From the NCBI GenBank assembly GCA_950097015.1, contig CATNEN010000030.1, positions 2,356,001 to 2,420,000 of the forward strand: 64,000 nucleotides of DNA, read 5' to 3'. Of the stretch, positions 38,224 to 49,800 are shown piece by piece; position 1 is the stretch's first letter; every line of letters starts with the position of its first letter. The notes beneath the pieces were generated by a model that had not been told where the DNA came from, did no database searches, and worked only from the letters and a program-made list of their open reading frames with translations. The DNA is from Macrostomum hystrix (lineage: Eukaryota > Animalia > Platyhelminthes). The translations under genes and the position numbers were made by a program.

Positions 38224-38703
38224 CTAGGCCGTCTTAACGGGTGGCACAATAGCTACTGCCCGGTGTGAGTGATGCAGCACATAGTCGGACACGCTGCCAA
38301 GGAAGGTGCGCCGCAGTTTCCCGAGGCCGCGATTTCCCATTACAATGAGGTCGACTCGTTCCTCGTTGGCCGCCTCGACAATGGCCGCTCCAGGCGAGCT
38401 GGAGACCTTCTCCACAAACTTCAGCTGGTTGGCAATGGACATTGATTTACAGTGCTGCTTGACGCTTTTCTCAATGTCCCGCCCGGCTTGCATGGCTTCG
38501 CTCATCCGGTCCGAGAAGTACTTTGGAGCCTCAGCCGGGGTTAAGCTGGAGCTGCGAGCAACTCGAGGCTCGATGACCATCACAAACAGGATAACATCGT
38601 CGGCCGATAGCAGGTTGGCAACCAGCCAGTCGAGTGCGCGCTGGCTGTGCTCGCTACCATCCATCGCTACCATTATTTTGCTGCTGCTGCTGCTACTGCT
38701 CAT
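38224..38703 (-). CDS. Universal stress protein (UspA family), single coding exon
   Basis: MSSSSSSSKIMVAMDGSEHSQRALDW...DLIVMGNRGLGKLRRTFLGSVSDYVLHHSHRAVAIVPP; first ATG at 38703. Confidence 0.95.
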   Translation of the reverse strand: MSSSSSSSKIMVAMDGSEHSQRALDWLVANLLSADDVILFVMVIEPRVARSSSLTPAEAPKYFSDRMSEAMQAGRDIEKSVKQHCKSMSIANQLKFVEKVSSSPGAAIVEAANEERVDLIVMGNRGLGKLRRTFLGSVSDYVLHHSHRAVAIVPPVKTA

Positions 38704-39989
38704 GCTTGGACCGAATATCTGAATCGTTGTCCCGGCTTTTTGTAGACTAGATTCCAACACCTCCTGTCACTTTCGCTGTCCTATTTATCTCTAGGCCCTC
38801 GCTACATCCTACATGACTGTACGTCAAGTCAATAGACTATACTATTGGTCGCCTACAGAATTAGGGACGACTGTAAGCTAGCCCACTCTCGAATCCTGTG
38901 GTCCGGTAAAGGCACTCAAAATAAGCTAATGAGAAGCGAACTGCACAGTGCAACTTCTAAAGATTTTGTTGACTCGAAGAACTCTGGCGGGGCAGAGGGT
39001 GAAGGAAATGGTAATTGAGTGAGGAAGGAATACCGTTTTCCAACAGTAACCTGTTGTATCTATAGTGACAGTTTATTTCTACTGTGCATCAATAAATCGA
39101 TATAATTCTATTTGCTGTGCAGCCATTCAGACGCACCAGAAGCAGCAGCAGACACAACAGACTCTTTGCATGCTGTATGATGTTGATACGATCGTAATAA
39201 CAAGACTCATACAGCCCATGAAAATCGCAGAACTCGTATTTTACAATAAGGCTTCTTAGGCCAATTGGGCATTTGTTGCGCCTGGGGTCCATAAAAAGTA
39301 CAAATTTCCCGATACCACCCTGAACCAGGACTTCAGGCCGGCAATGTCGACTGGCATTTCGTTCTGGAAACTGCGACTCGCAACTCCAGGGTTTTTTGTC
39401 TCTTTTTTCCCCGCCTTTAGTTTTTAGTCCCGAATGGAGGAGCCGGTACCATACTGGGAAGCTGCTACGACCCATCGAGTGGTATGCCCCCTGTTTTCTG
39501 TCCTAACTGAATTCCGGCTTCCTTCCCAATTCTCTGTTTTCCTCCCCTCCTAACCACGCTGCATTGTCCTGCAGCTCCACGCGAAAAACAGCCCGGTGAA
39601 GTGGGGCCTGTGGGATAATATCTATCTTCAGCAGCTGATGCTACCATATGTAGAAGAGTCTGAAACAGGGCTTCGACCCATCATGCATCCTCCCCGCGCG
39701 CCCCGACATTCGGCTGGCCATTTAAAAATGCAGCCAGCTTGCCAGAAATGGCTGAAGGCCGCGCCATTTTTATAGAGGAAGCGATGCACAAAAACCTTCC
39801 CCTCACGCTTGCTTCTTTCCGTCTTGAATACAGGGGAGGGGGGAGAGGGCAGCGCCATCGATCCGCATCCACCCAGCCGGGCAGGTCGGGCAGATAAAGC
39901 CTAGGCGAGGCCAGCCCAGTAAAGGTCCTCGCGCTCGCTCCTACTTCGCTATCCCTCGAACTGCCGAACCGCCTTTCAAACTAGCAGCC

Positions 39990-40460
39990 ATGGCCGGCCT
40001 AAGCAAAGGTGAAATCGAGGACATTCGCGAGGTTTTCGACCTATTCGACTTCTGGGACGGTCGGGACGGCGAGGTGGACGCCGCCAAGGTGGCGGACCTG
40101 CTCCGCTGCGTCGGCATGAACCCGACCATCGCCACCTGCCTGAAGCACGGCGGCAAGGAGAAGATGGGCGAGAAGGGCTACAAGTTTGAGGAGTTCCTCC
40201 CCATCTACCAGGAGATCATGAAGGCCAAGGAGGAGGGCACCTTCGCCGACTTCATGGAAGCCTTCAAGACATTCGACAGAGAAGGCCAGGGCTACATCTC
40301 CGCGGCCGAGCTGCGCCACGTGCTCACCAGCTACGGCGAGCGGCTCGCGGACGGCGACGTCGATGTGATCATGAAGTTCACCGACACGCACGAGGATCTG
40401 GATGGCAACGTCAAGTACGAGGAGTTCATCAAGAAGGTGCAGGCCGGGCCAAAGGTGTAA
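39990..40460 (+). CDS. Myosin essential light chain (invertebrate muscle type), intronless
   Basis: 156-aa EF-hand protein with [33 protein letters not shown] and [25 protein letters not shown], typical of lophotrochozoan ELC; strong codon bias. Confidence 0.95.
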   Translation: MAGLSKGEIEDIREVFDLFDFWDGRDGEVDAAKVADLLRCVGMNPTIATCLKHGGKEKMGEKGYKFEEFLPIYQEIMKAKEEGTFADFMEAFKTFDREGQGYISAAELRHVLTSYGERLADGDVDVIMKFTDTHEDLDGNVKYEEFIKKVQAGPKV

Positions 40461-41732
40461 AGCCTTAACTAGTCAAGTGACAGATTGAACGCCTCACCAA
40501 CCCATGATTTACTGCAGAATTTAATCAGAATGTTATTTACGTAATCGAATCAGTGGGTGCGCGATCAGCAGGCGAGGCCCAGCTGCGCTCTCGCCAGCTG
40601 CAAAAGTCCCTTTCGCCTTGTTCCTTCTCCTTCCGTGACCAAGCCGCCGCTGCCTCAGACCTTTAACCCATCGCGAGTTCTCCTATGTTTTAGTAGAAAC
40701 CCCAGCTGATAAAAATACACTGATTGGCTGTTTAAAAAACTTTTTTGGATTATCTAATAGAAATATCACTTTAGGGGCAAATATAATGACGATGGCATAA
40801 AACTTTTCATTTCTTCTCTAGAACAAAACTTTCGCTTTCTATGTGTTTTCCTAGCCGCCTTTATAAATTAATAAACAAATTTTACGCTATGAATAATTTG
40901 AACAATAATACTGTTGGTCGTATTACTGGCTTTGTTTATTTAAAAGTACAACGCGGGTACTTTAAATCCTATATTTTTTCGGCATCTCTAAAAAATTCAA
41001 CTAATCGACATGAAAGTCCAGAACACGGGCTAAAATTTTCCGCTCTATTCGATGAAACAACTTCCAGAAAGTTGTTAGTTTAAACTTATTAAACATTTTT
41101 GTGTGCTTTTAAATATTTGGTGAAACGCCTGTGATAAGAAAGCTAGGATTTATGTTGCTATTTTTAGAAGAGTCCATGTGGAAAACTCTTTGAAACGACC
41201 TTCAAGAAAACAAAACATGTTACTGAACTCAGCCAATCAGACTTTACGAGCTGATATCGGGACAAACAAAATATACACGCATCTACATACCAAGCAGGCA
41301 AACAGAAACAGAATGAACTAATAGAAGAAGAAGGAAGATGTTTACAATAATTTAAATAAACATGTTAAATTAAGTTAATGAGAATCTTTAGCGAAATATT
41401 CTATTACAAGTATATTATTTGCGAGTTTCAACGAGCGTACGTTATTATAAAAATGCATGAATATTGGTGTGCATATTGATTGATTGTACGCATTTTCTAG
41501 ATTTCCTTACCCCAGTCAACCTCACTCCACCCCACTCCACCTCACTCCAATGTCGTTCCTATCTTTAATATAATTGGTTGAAACTTCAATCAAATTTGTT
41601 TACAATGTTATCTGAATGTTAAATTTCATTTTAATTGGCCTGACGATAAAGGATAGTCAATCAATAGTTTGGGCATGAATACACATGCGGTGGACAGTTG
41701 AACACAAAATGTGTTTTTGATTGGGCTTGACA

Positions 41733-42997
41733 ATGTCCTGTGCACAGAAGAGTATTCGTGCCTGTCATTGTGTCCAGCTGCTCCTGTGGCTTCTGCCGCT
41801 GCTCCACACGGCCCCAACAACTTCGCCAGCCGCCAAGGATCAAGCAGCGCCAGATATCCCGACGCCCGCCGTTGCCTTCTCGACAGTCGGCAACAGCAGC
41901 GGCTGTCCAATCAGCGTCCGGCCGCCAGCCTGCGCTGACGGGTTTCAGCTGACGATGCACCAGCAGCCTCAGCATCTGGGCGGCAGCGGCGGGTGTCCGC
42001 TGTTCCGCTGCGAAGCTGACAGGCGAGAGCCGGCTGCAGCCGAGGAGCAGCAGCTGTCGGCGTCCTCGTCCGTGTTTTTTAGCATCGGCTGTCCGGATTC
42101 TTCACCGGCATTGCAGCCCGCCTGTCCGGGCTCCCAGGTGGTCAAGACGGTGCTGCAACGATGGCCGGGCGCGCCTGGCGGCTGGTGCCAGACTAGACGC
42201 TGCGCCTGCCCGGAGCTCGACGGCCCGGCGGCCGCCTGCGCTGCCGACAATCGTACCCAACCGCTGATGGGCATCGAGAAGATCAGCGGCTGTCGCCTGC
42301 TGGTTGAGTGCCGACTGCTGCGTCAGCGAATCAGCTGCCAGTCGCTGCCAGTCTGCGGACCGGGCCTTATTCCGGAGCGTCGGGTTCGACAGTCAACGCA
42401 ATGTCCGTTGTACAGCTGCCCAACAAGTAGGCGATCTATATTCACTTCATTGGATTCTCTGATGCAGTATGTGGGCAATCTGATGCTATTCGACTGTGTG
42501 AAATCATTGCAGCGCCCGGCAGAAATTTCTCCAAGCCCGTCATCGCCAGCAATTCGTCTTGCTCGTCCGTGGCTCCAGCTTGCCCAGCTGGCTCTGTCAG
42601 CGTGATTGTCGACGAGGCTTCAATTGGCAAAGCAGCTGACGACTGTCCACCGTCGCATCGAGTCATCTGCGAGCCGAATGCGCCGCCGCAGCCACCCTGC
42701 CCGCCGGAGTTGGGCTGTCCGCAAGGTGAGCTGGCGGTGCCCCTCGTTGTGTCCAACGTTGCCGGAGTCGCCGCGACGGCTCGATGCCCGCAGGTGGCCT
42801 GCCTGACGCTGCGGCTGCCGCCCGGCCTGCCAGTCTGTCCGGGCGCGCCGCGGCTCTGCGACGCCGGCGGAGGCGACGGACCTGCTCGCACTGAGCTCAG
42901 CGTCACGGAGCATGGCATCCTTTGCGTTCGAGTTGTCTGCCACGAGGCAGTTGTGATGCAACTAACAGCTCAGGCAGAGCCGCTCGGCAGGCGATAA
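41733..42997 (+). CDS. Secreted Cys/Pro-rich protein with seven 4-Cys modules (about 392 aa)
   Basis: Exon 41733-42426 (signal-like ...CVQLLLWLLPLLHTA), phase-1 intron 42427-42512 (GTAGGC...TTGCAG), exon 42513-42997. Splicing restores a regular C-x(5-9)-C-x(~15-21)-C-x(4-7)-C module. Ends PLGRR*. Confidence 0.72.
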
Positions 42998-43069
42998 AAC
43001 TTCCAACTTCACGGAAGTACAAGTAGGCCACGCTGTTGCAGCTGTTACAGTTGGTAATGCTGCATTAGT

Positions 43070-44110
43070 TACAGGAGTTTTATGAGAGTTGCAGGTGTTG
43101 CAGTAGTTACAGGTGTTGCAGTAGTTGCAGGAGTTACAGGTGTTGCAGTAGTTACAGGTGTTGCAGTAGTTACAGGTGTTGCAGTAGTTACAGGTGTTGC
43201 AGTAGTTGCAGTAGTTACAGGTGTTGCAGTAGTTACAGGTGTTGCAGTAGTTACAGGTGTTGCATTAGTTACAGGTGTTGCAGTAGTTGCAGGAGTTACA
43301 GGTGTTGCATTAGTTACAGGTGTTGCAGTAGTTGCAGGAGTTACAGGTGTTGCAGTAGTTACAGGTGTTGCATTAGTTACAGGTGTTGCAGTAGTTGCAG
43401 GAGTTACAGGTGTTGCAGTAGTTACAGGTGTTGCAGTAGTTACAGGTGTTGCAGTAGTTACAGGTGTTGCAGTAGTTGCAGGAGTTACAGGTGTTGCAGT
43501 AGTTACAGGTGTTGCATTAGTTACAGGTGTTGCAGTAGTTGCAGGAGTTACAGGTGTTGCAGTAGTTACAGGTGTTGCAGTAGTTACAGGTGTTGCAGTA
43601 GTTACAGGTGTTGCAGTAGTTGCAGGAGTTACAGGTGTTGCAGTAGTTACAGGTGTTGCAGTAGTTACAGGTGTTGCAGTAGTTACAGGTGTTGCAGTAG
43701 TTGCAGGAGTTACAGGTGTTGCAGTAGTTACAGGTGTTGCAGTAGTTACAGGTGTTGCAGTAGTTACAGGTGTTGCAGGAGTTACAGGTGTTGCAGTAGT
43801 TACAGGTGTTGCAGTAGTTGCAGGAGTTACAGGTGTTGCAGTAGTTACAGGTGTTGCAGTAGTTACAGGTGTTGCAGTAGTTACAGGTGTTGCAGTAGTT
43901 ACAGGTGTTGCAGTAGTTACAGGTGTTGCAGTAGTTACAGGTGTTGCAGTAGTTACAGGTGTTGCAGTAGTTACAGGTGTTGCAGTAGTTACAGGTGTTG
44001 CATTAGTTACAGGTGTTGCAGTAGTTGCAGGAGTTACAGGTGTTGCAGTAGTTACAGGTGTTGCAGTAGTTACAGGTGTTGCAGTAGTTGCAGTAGTTAC
44101 AGGTGTCACG
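43070..44110. repeat. 18-bp minisatellite built of 9-bp subunits (gttacaggtgttgcagta)
   Basis: Tandem units read directly. Confidence 0.96.
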
Positions 44111-44619
44111 GATGCTACAGGTGCTACAGTAATTATCTGAGGCATTGGTGTTGTAGTGAGAAAGTTAGGGCTTGATTTAAAACCACAATACTTTGACTCA
44201 TTCACAACATTCTAAAACCTCTTTTCTTATTTTGCTTAAGTATTATCAAATGATTTAGAAAAAGATAAATTAACCTCGGAAAATTGGAAGCATACTCAAT
44301 ATTGATATTATTTTATAAAAGGGCCAAGCAGTTTGCATGATCGCTTTTTTGACTGTTTGATTGTTTACTTTTGTTATACTGTACTTGTCAGTGCAAAATA
44401 CACATTATGTGTCCCATCACATACCGGTCGATTCAGTTCAGTGCAATTCAAATCTCGTTTATGAAAATCTGATTTCGTAAAATCCCATGGATTTACGATA
44501 TGATTACTTATATTGTAAAATCCCATGCAAGTCAAATCCCACCAAGTTGAATCCCACCCAGTCAAATCCCACCCAGTCAAATACCTACTAGTCAAGTACT
44601 ACCCACTTAAATCCAACTC

Positions 44620-45520
44620 AGTCCCACACAGTTAGATCCCATCCAGTTAAATCCCATCTAGTTAAATCCCATCCAGTTAAATCCCATCCAGTTAAATCTC
44701 ATCCAGTTAAATCCCATCCAGTTAAATCCCATCCAGTTAAATCCCATCCAGTTAAATCCCATCCAGTTAAATCCCATCTAGTTAAATCTCATCCAGTTAA
44801 ATCCCATCCAGTTAAATCTCATCCAGTTAAATCCCATCCAGTTAAATCCCATCCAGTTAAATCCCATCCAGTTAAATCCCATCCAGTTAAATCCCATCCA
44901 GTTAAATCCCATCCAGTTAAATCCCATCCAGTTAAATCCATCCAGTTAAATCCATCCAGTTAAATCCCATCCAGTTAAATCCATCCAGTTAAATCCATCC
45001 AGTTAAATCCCATCCAGTTAAATCCCATCCAGTTAAATCCCATCCAGTTAAATCCCATCCAGTTAAATCCCATCCAGTTAAATCCCATCCAGTTAAATCC
45101 CATCCAGTTAAATCCCATCCAGTTAAATCCATCCAGTTAAATCCCATCCAGTTAAATCCCATCCAGTTAAATCCATCCAGTTAAATCCATCCAGTTAAAT
45201 CCCATCCAGTTAAACCCATCCAGTTAAATCCCATCCAGTTAAATCCCATCCAGTTAAATCCCATCCAGTTAAATCCCATCCAGTTAAATCCATCCAGTTA
45301 AATCCATCCAGTTAAATCCCATCCAGTTAAATCCATCCAGTTAAATCTCATCCAGTTAAATCCCATCCAGTTAAATCCATCCAGTTAAATCCATCCAGTT
45401 AAATCCCATCCAGTTAAATCCATCCAGTTAAATCCCATCCAGTTAAATCCCAAGTAGTCAAATCCCACTCACTAAAATTCCATCCAGTCAAATCCCACTA
45501 ACTTTAAACCCATCCAGTCT
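44620..45520. repeat. 15/14-bp minisatellite (aaatcccatccagtt)
   Basis: Tandem units read directly. Confidence 0.96.
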
Positions 45521-46119
45521 AATCCCATCCAATCCCATAGAAACTATTGTAAAAAAATCTGCGGGTAATAATTTCCTACCAAAAAGCAAATTTATTTGAT
45601 TACTTAAACAAAAAATCATTTAAGACGACACACCTGAGTAGGCTTCCGCAGGTGCCATATAATTCAATTTCATTTCAAGCCTCTAATATATAATATTATG
45701 GTAATTATATCGATTTCTTCAACAAATAGAACACCTCAGTATGAGCAAGCAGTTTCAAGCAGTTTGCATACAGACATGAACAGAATGAATCATCAAATGA
45801 CAAGAAAAAATTAACAGAAAGCTAACGTGCAATGTACAGATTTTGTACATGTGTCGCAAATTCTATGGTTTAAAGCTAGACAGATGCTCAGAGAATCCTA
45901 CTAAAGGACAGGTTTGTTGCTGTAATATTTTATGAACATGTACTTTTATTTGGAATCGCTGCATTACCTGATAGTGAGATCAAAGACAATTGTTTACCTT
46001 TTTACCCATGAAACAGTTACAGCACAATCACCTCTGAGTCTCCATCCCAAAAAATTATCTCAATTAAATCTAACTTCCCATCTGGAAACAACGTGCCTAT
46101 TGAATCCCCAGCATAAACC

Positions 46120-46435
46120 AACCAATATCCCAACGGAATCCCCATCTAACACCAATATCCGAACGGAATCCCCATCTAACACCAATATCCGAACGGAATC
46201 CCCATCTAACACCAATATCCGAACGGAATCCCCATCTAACACCAATATCCGAACGGAATCCCCATCTAACACCAATATCCGAACGGAATCCCCATCTAAC
46301 ACCAATATCCCAACGGAATCCCCATCTAACACCAATATCCCAACGGAATCCCCATCTAACACCAATATCCCAACGGAATCCCCATCTAACACCAATATCC
46401 CAACGGAATCCCCATCTAAAACGAATAACCTAACG
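46120..46435. repeat. 30-bp minisatellite (cccatctaacaccaatatccgaacggaatc)
   Basis: Tandem units read directly. Confidence 0.94.
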
Positions 46436-46625
46436 GAATCCCATAGCACATGAATTTTCCAATTCAAATTCCAATTCAAATTCCATATTAGGATCCCAAA
46501 AACGGAATTTTGTGGAGAAATCAACATCAGTCAATGCGCAGATGGTCTAGTCCTTAAATCTCTAGGACCAGACATTGCTGCTAACGAGGGAGTAAATATT
46601 GCTCCAAAGCGTTTCAAAGAAAGCA

Positions 46626-46873
46626 TCAAGCGTAAAACTCCCTCGTGGGCGCCTTCTGATACTCTGTAGTCGCTGGAGTCTTCTTGACCGGGTCCAGCGA
46701 ATACGAGCCCTCGTCCGCTTTTCGCACCCGGTAGATACAGAACGCTATCAGGCCTACTATAAGTAGGAGGGCCGCTACACCGCCGCCGACCAGGCCGGCT
46801 AGGGTGGCGGGCTGCAGCAGCGGCGACTCGGCCGGAGCCGCGGCCTCGGTTGTGCGGCCCGCCATGTTTGCGA
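46626..46873 (-). CDS. Sdc: Terminal exon encoding a syndecan-type TM and cytoplasmic tail
   Basis: Phase-1 acceptor ccttcacaacag|TC. Translation ...LAGLVGGGVAALLLIVGLIAFCIY-RVRKADEGSYSL-DPVKKTPATTEYQKAPTR-EFYA* shows GxxxG, the C1 region and the PDZ-binding EFYA. Confidence 0.9.
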
Positions 46874-49800
46874 CTGTTGTGAAGGGTTTGGGGATTGGGG
46901 TGCCGCGATTAGGAATAGAGGCTAGTCAATACCACAGGATCATTCACAACACATCTCTACACATCCCATCCCTTCACATCCCATCCCTTTACATCCCGTC
47001 CCTTGACATCCCATCCCTTCACATCCCGTCCCTTGACATCCCATCCCTTGACATCCCATCCCTTGACATCCCATCCCTTGACATTCCATCCTTTGACATC
47101 CCATCCCTTGACATCCCATCCCTTGACATCCCATTCCTTCACATCGCATCCCTTCACATCCCATCACTTGACATCCCATCCCTTAACATCCCATCCCTTC
47201 ACATCCCATCACTTGACATCCCATCCCTTAACATCCCATCCCTTGATATCCCATCCCTTGACATCCCATCCCTTCACATCCTATCCCTTGACATCCCATC
47301 CCTTGACATCCCATCCCTTAACATCCCATCCCTTGACATCCCATCCCTTGACATTCCATCCTTTGACATCCCATCCCTTGACATCCCATCCCTTCACATC
47401 GCATCCCTTCACATCCCATCCCTTAACATCCCATCCCTTGACATCCCATCCCTTGACATCCCATCCCTTGACATCCCATCCCTTGACATCCCATCCCTTG
47501 ACATCCCATCCCTTGACATTCCATCCTTTGACATCCCATCCCTTGACATCCCATCCCTTGACATCCCATCCCTTGACATCCCATCCCTTGACATCCCATC
47601 CCTTCACATCCCATCCCTTGACATCCCATCCCTTCACAACCTGTCTGATCCCATGCAGTCCTTGTGAATACTAAAAAATGAACAAACACAGGCAAGCGAA
47701 GATACGTGCGCATCATCAATACGTGCTCACCGTTGTGTCCTTTCACCGGCTTATTCTGGAATAAAAAAGTATTTGCTCTTTAGTTAGTTTTCTTACACTA
47801 AATGCTGCCCACGTACTAACTAATATTTCTCAAGCAGCCAACACTCGCAATGGACTAATTATATAAGAAAACAATAGCGGCAATTGGTTGAAACAGCTGC
47901 GAAAGACAGAAAAATCGATAATTCTATTTTTCAAGTGGGGTTTCGTTGTAGGCCTTCGCCCGTTGGCTGTCCATCATCATGCGAGTGTACTAGTGGGCGC
48001 TGCAGATCCCAAGGGGATAACACAAGCACGCATTACAGAACCACACAAATATTTTCTACCAGGGTAGGAATCGACTGGTAGGGGAGAAGTGTATTCATCA
48101 TTTTTTCTACTCCCCGCATCCCTAGTGCCACTCGAAAGTTTGGAGAATTCCGATTTGAAGATGGAATGCAAATAGACTAAGAAATGAGAAATTGGAGACG
48201 GGAGAGTAGGGGAGAAATTAAAGTAGGATAAGTGACCTCAAGGGCGTAAATTGCACAATTCAAGGGTGAGGTGGGTAGAGGGTAGAAGAAGGATAAAGGA
48301 AGGGAGAGTGTAAAAAGAGGATGGGGAAGGGACAGTGTAGAAGAAGGATGGGGAAGGGGGAGTGTAGAAGAAGGATGGGGGAAGGAAGAGTGATGGGGAA
48401 GAGAGAGTGTAAAAGAAGGATGGGGAAGGGAGAGTGTAGAAGAAGGATGGGTAAGGGAGAGTGTAGAAGAAGGATGGGTAAGAGAGAGTGTAGAAGAAGA
48501 ATGGGGAAGGGAGAGTGTAGAAGAAGGATGGGGAAGGGAGAGTGTAAAAGAAGGATGGGGAAGGGAGAGTGTAGAAGAAGGATGGGTAAGGGAGAGTGTA
48601 GAAGAAGGATGGGTAAGAGAGAGTGTAGAAGAAGAATGGGGAAGGGAGAGTGTAGAAGAAGGATGGGGAAGGGAGAGTGTAGAAGAAGGATGGGTAAGGG
48701 AGAGTGTAGAAGAAGGATGGGGAAGGGAGAGTGTAGAAGAAGAATGGGGAAGGGAGAGTGCAGAAGAAGGATGGGTAAGGGAGAGTGTAGAAGAAGGATG
48801 GGTAAGGGAGAGTGTAGAAGAAGGATGGGGAAGGGAGAGTGTAGAAGAAGGATGGGTAAGGGAGAGTGTAGAAGAAGAATGGGGAAGGGAGAGTGTAGAA
48901 GAAGGATGGGTAAGGGAGAGTGTAGAAGAAGGATGGGTAAGGGAGAGTGTAGAAGAAGGATGGGGAAGGGAGAGTGTAGAAGAAGGATGGGTAAGGGAGA
49001 GTGTAGAAGAAGGATGGGGAAGGGAGAGTGTAGAAGAAGGATGGGTAAGGGAGAGTGTAGAAGAAGGAAGGGGAAGGGAGAGTGTAGAAGAAGGATGGGG
49101 AAGGGAGAGTGTAGAAGCAGGATGGGGAAGGGAGAATGTAGAAGAAGGATGGGGGAAGGAAGAGTGATGGGGAAGAGAGAGTGTAAAAGAAGGATGGGGA
49201 AGGGAGAGTGTAGAAGAAGGATGGGTAAGGGAGAGTGTAGAAGAAGGATGCGGAAGGGAGAGTGTAGAAGAAGGATGGGTAAGGGAGAGTGTAGAAGAAG
49301 GATGGGAAGGGGAGAGTGTAGAAGAAGGATGGGGGAAGGAAGAGTGTAGAAGAAGGATGGGGGAAGGAAGAGTGATGGGGAAGAGAGAGTGTAAAAGAAG
49401 GAAGGGGAAGGGAGAAGGTAGAAGAAGGATGGGAAAGGGAGAGTGTAGAAGAAGGATGGGGGAAGGAAGAGTGTAGAAGAAGGATGGGGGAAGGAAGAGT
49501 GATGGGGAAGAGAGAGTGTAAAAGAAGGATGGGGAAGGGAGAGTGTAGAAGAAGGATGCGGAAGGGAGAGTGTAGAAGAAGGATGGGTAAGGGAGAGTGT
49601 AGAAGAAGGATGGGGAAGGGAGAGTGTAGAAGAAGGATGGGTAAGGGAGAGTGTAGAAGAAGGAAGGGGAAGGGAGAGTGTAGAAGAAGGATGGGGAAGG
49701 GAGAGTGTAGAAGCAGGATGGGGAAGGGAGAATGTAGAAGAAGGATGGGGGAAGGAAGAGTGATGGGGAAGAGAGAGTGTAAAAGAAGGATGGGGAAGGG

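Noticed and set aside
43069-44205. 378-aa Thr/Pro-rich mucin- or antifreeze-like ORF (TTATPV)n
   Set aside because: The 9/18-bp units keep frame by construction and both strands are open. There is no signal peptide or ATG at the ORF start, and it lies between two convergent gene ends. Transcript evidence would be needed.
47977-48176. Possible syndecan ectodomain exon (VYLHSIFKSEFS...DSYP)
   Set aside because: The donor (G|GTAGAA) is weak, the sequence is not syndecan-like, and it is not needed for phase continuity. It cannot be fully excluded.
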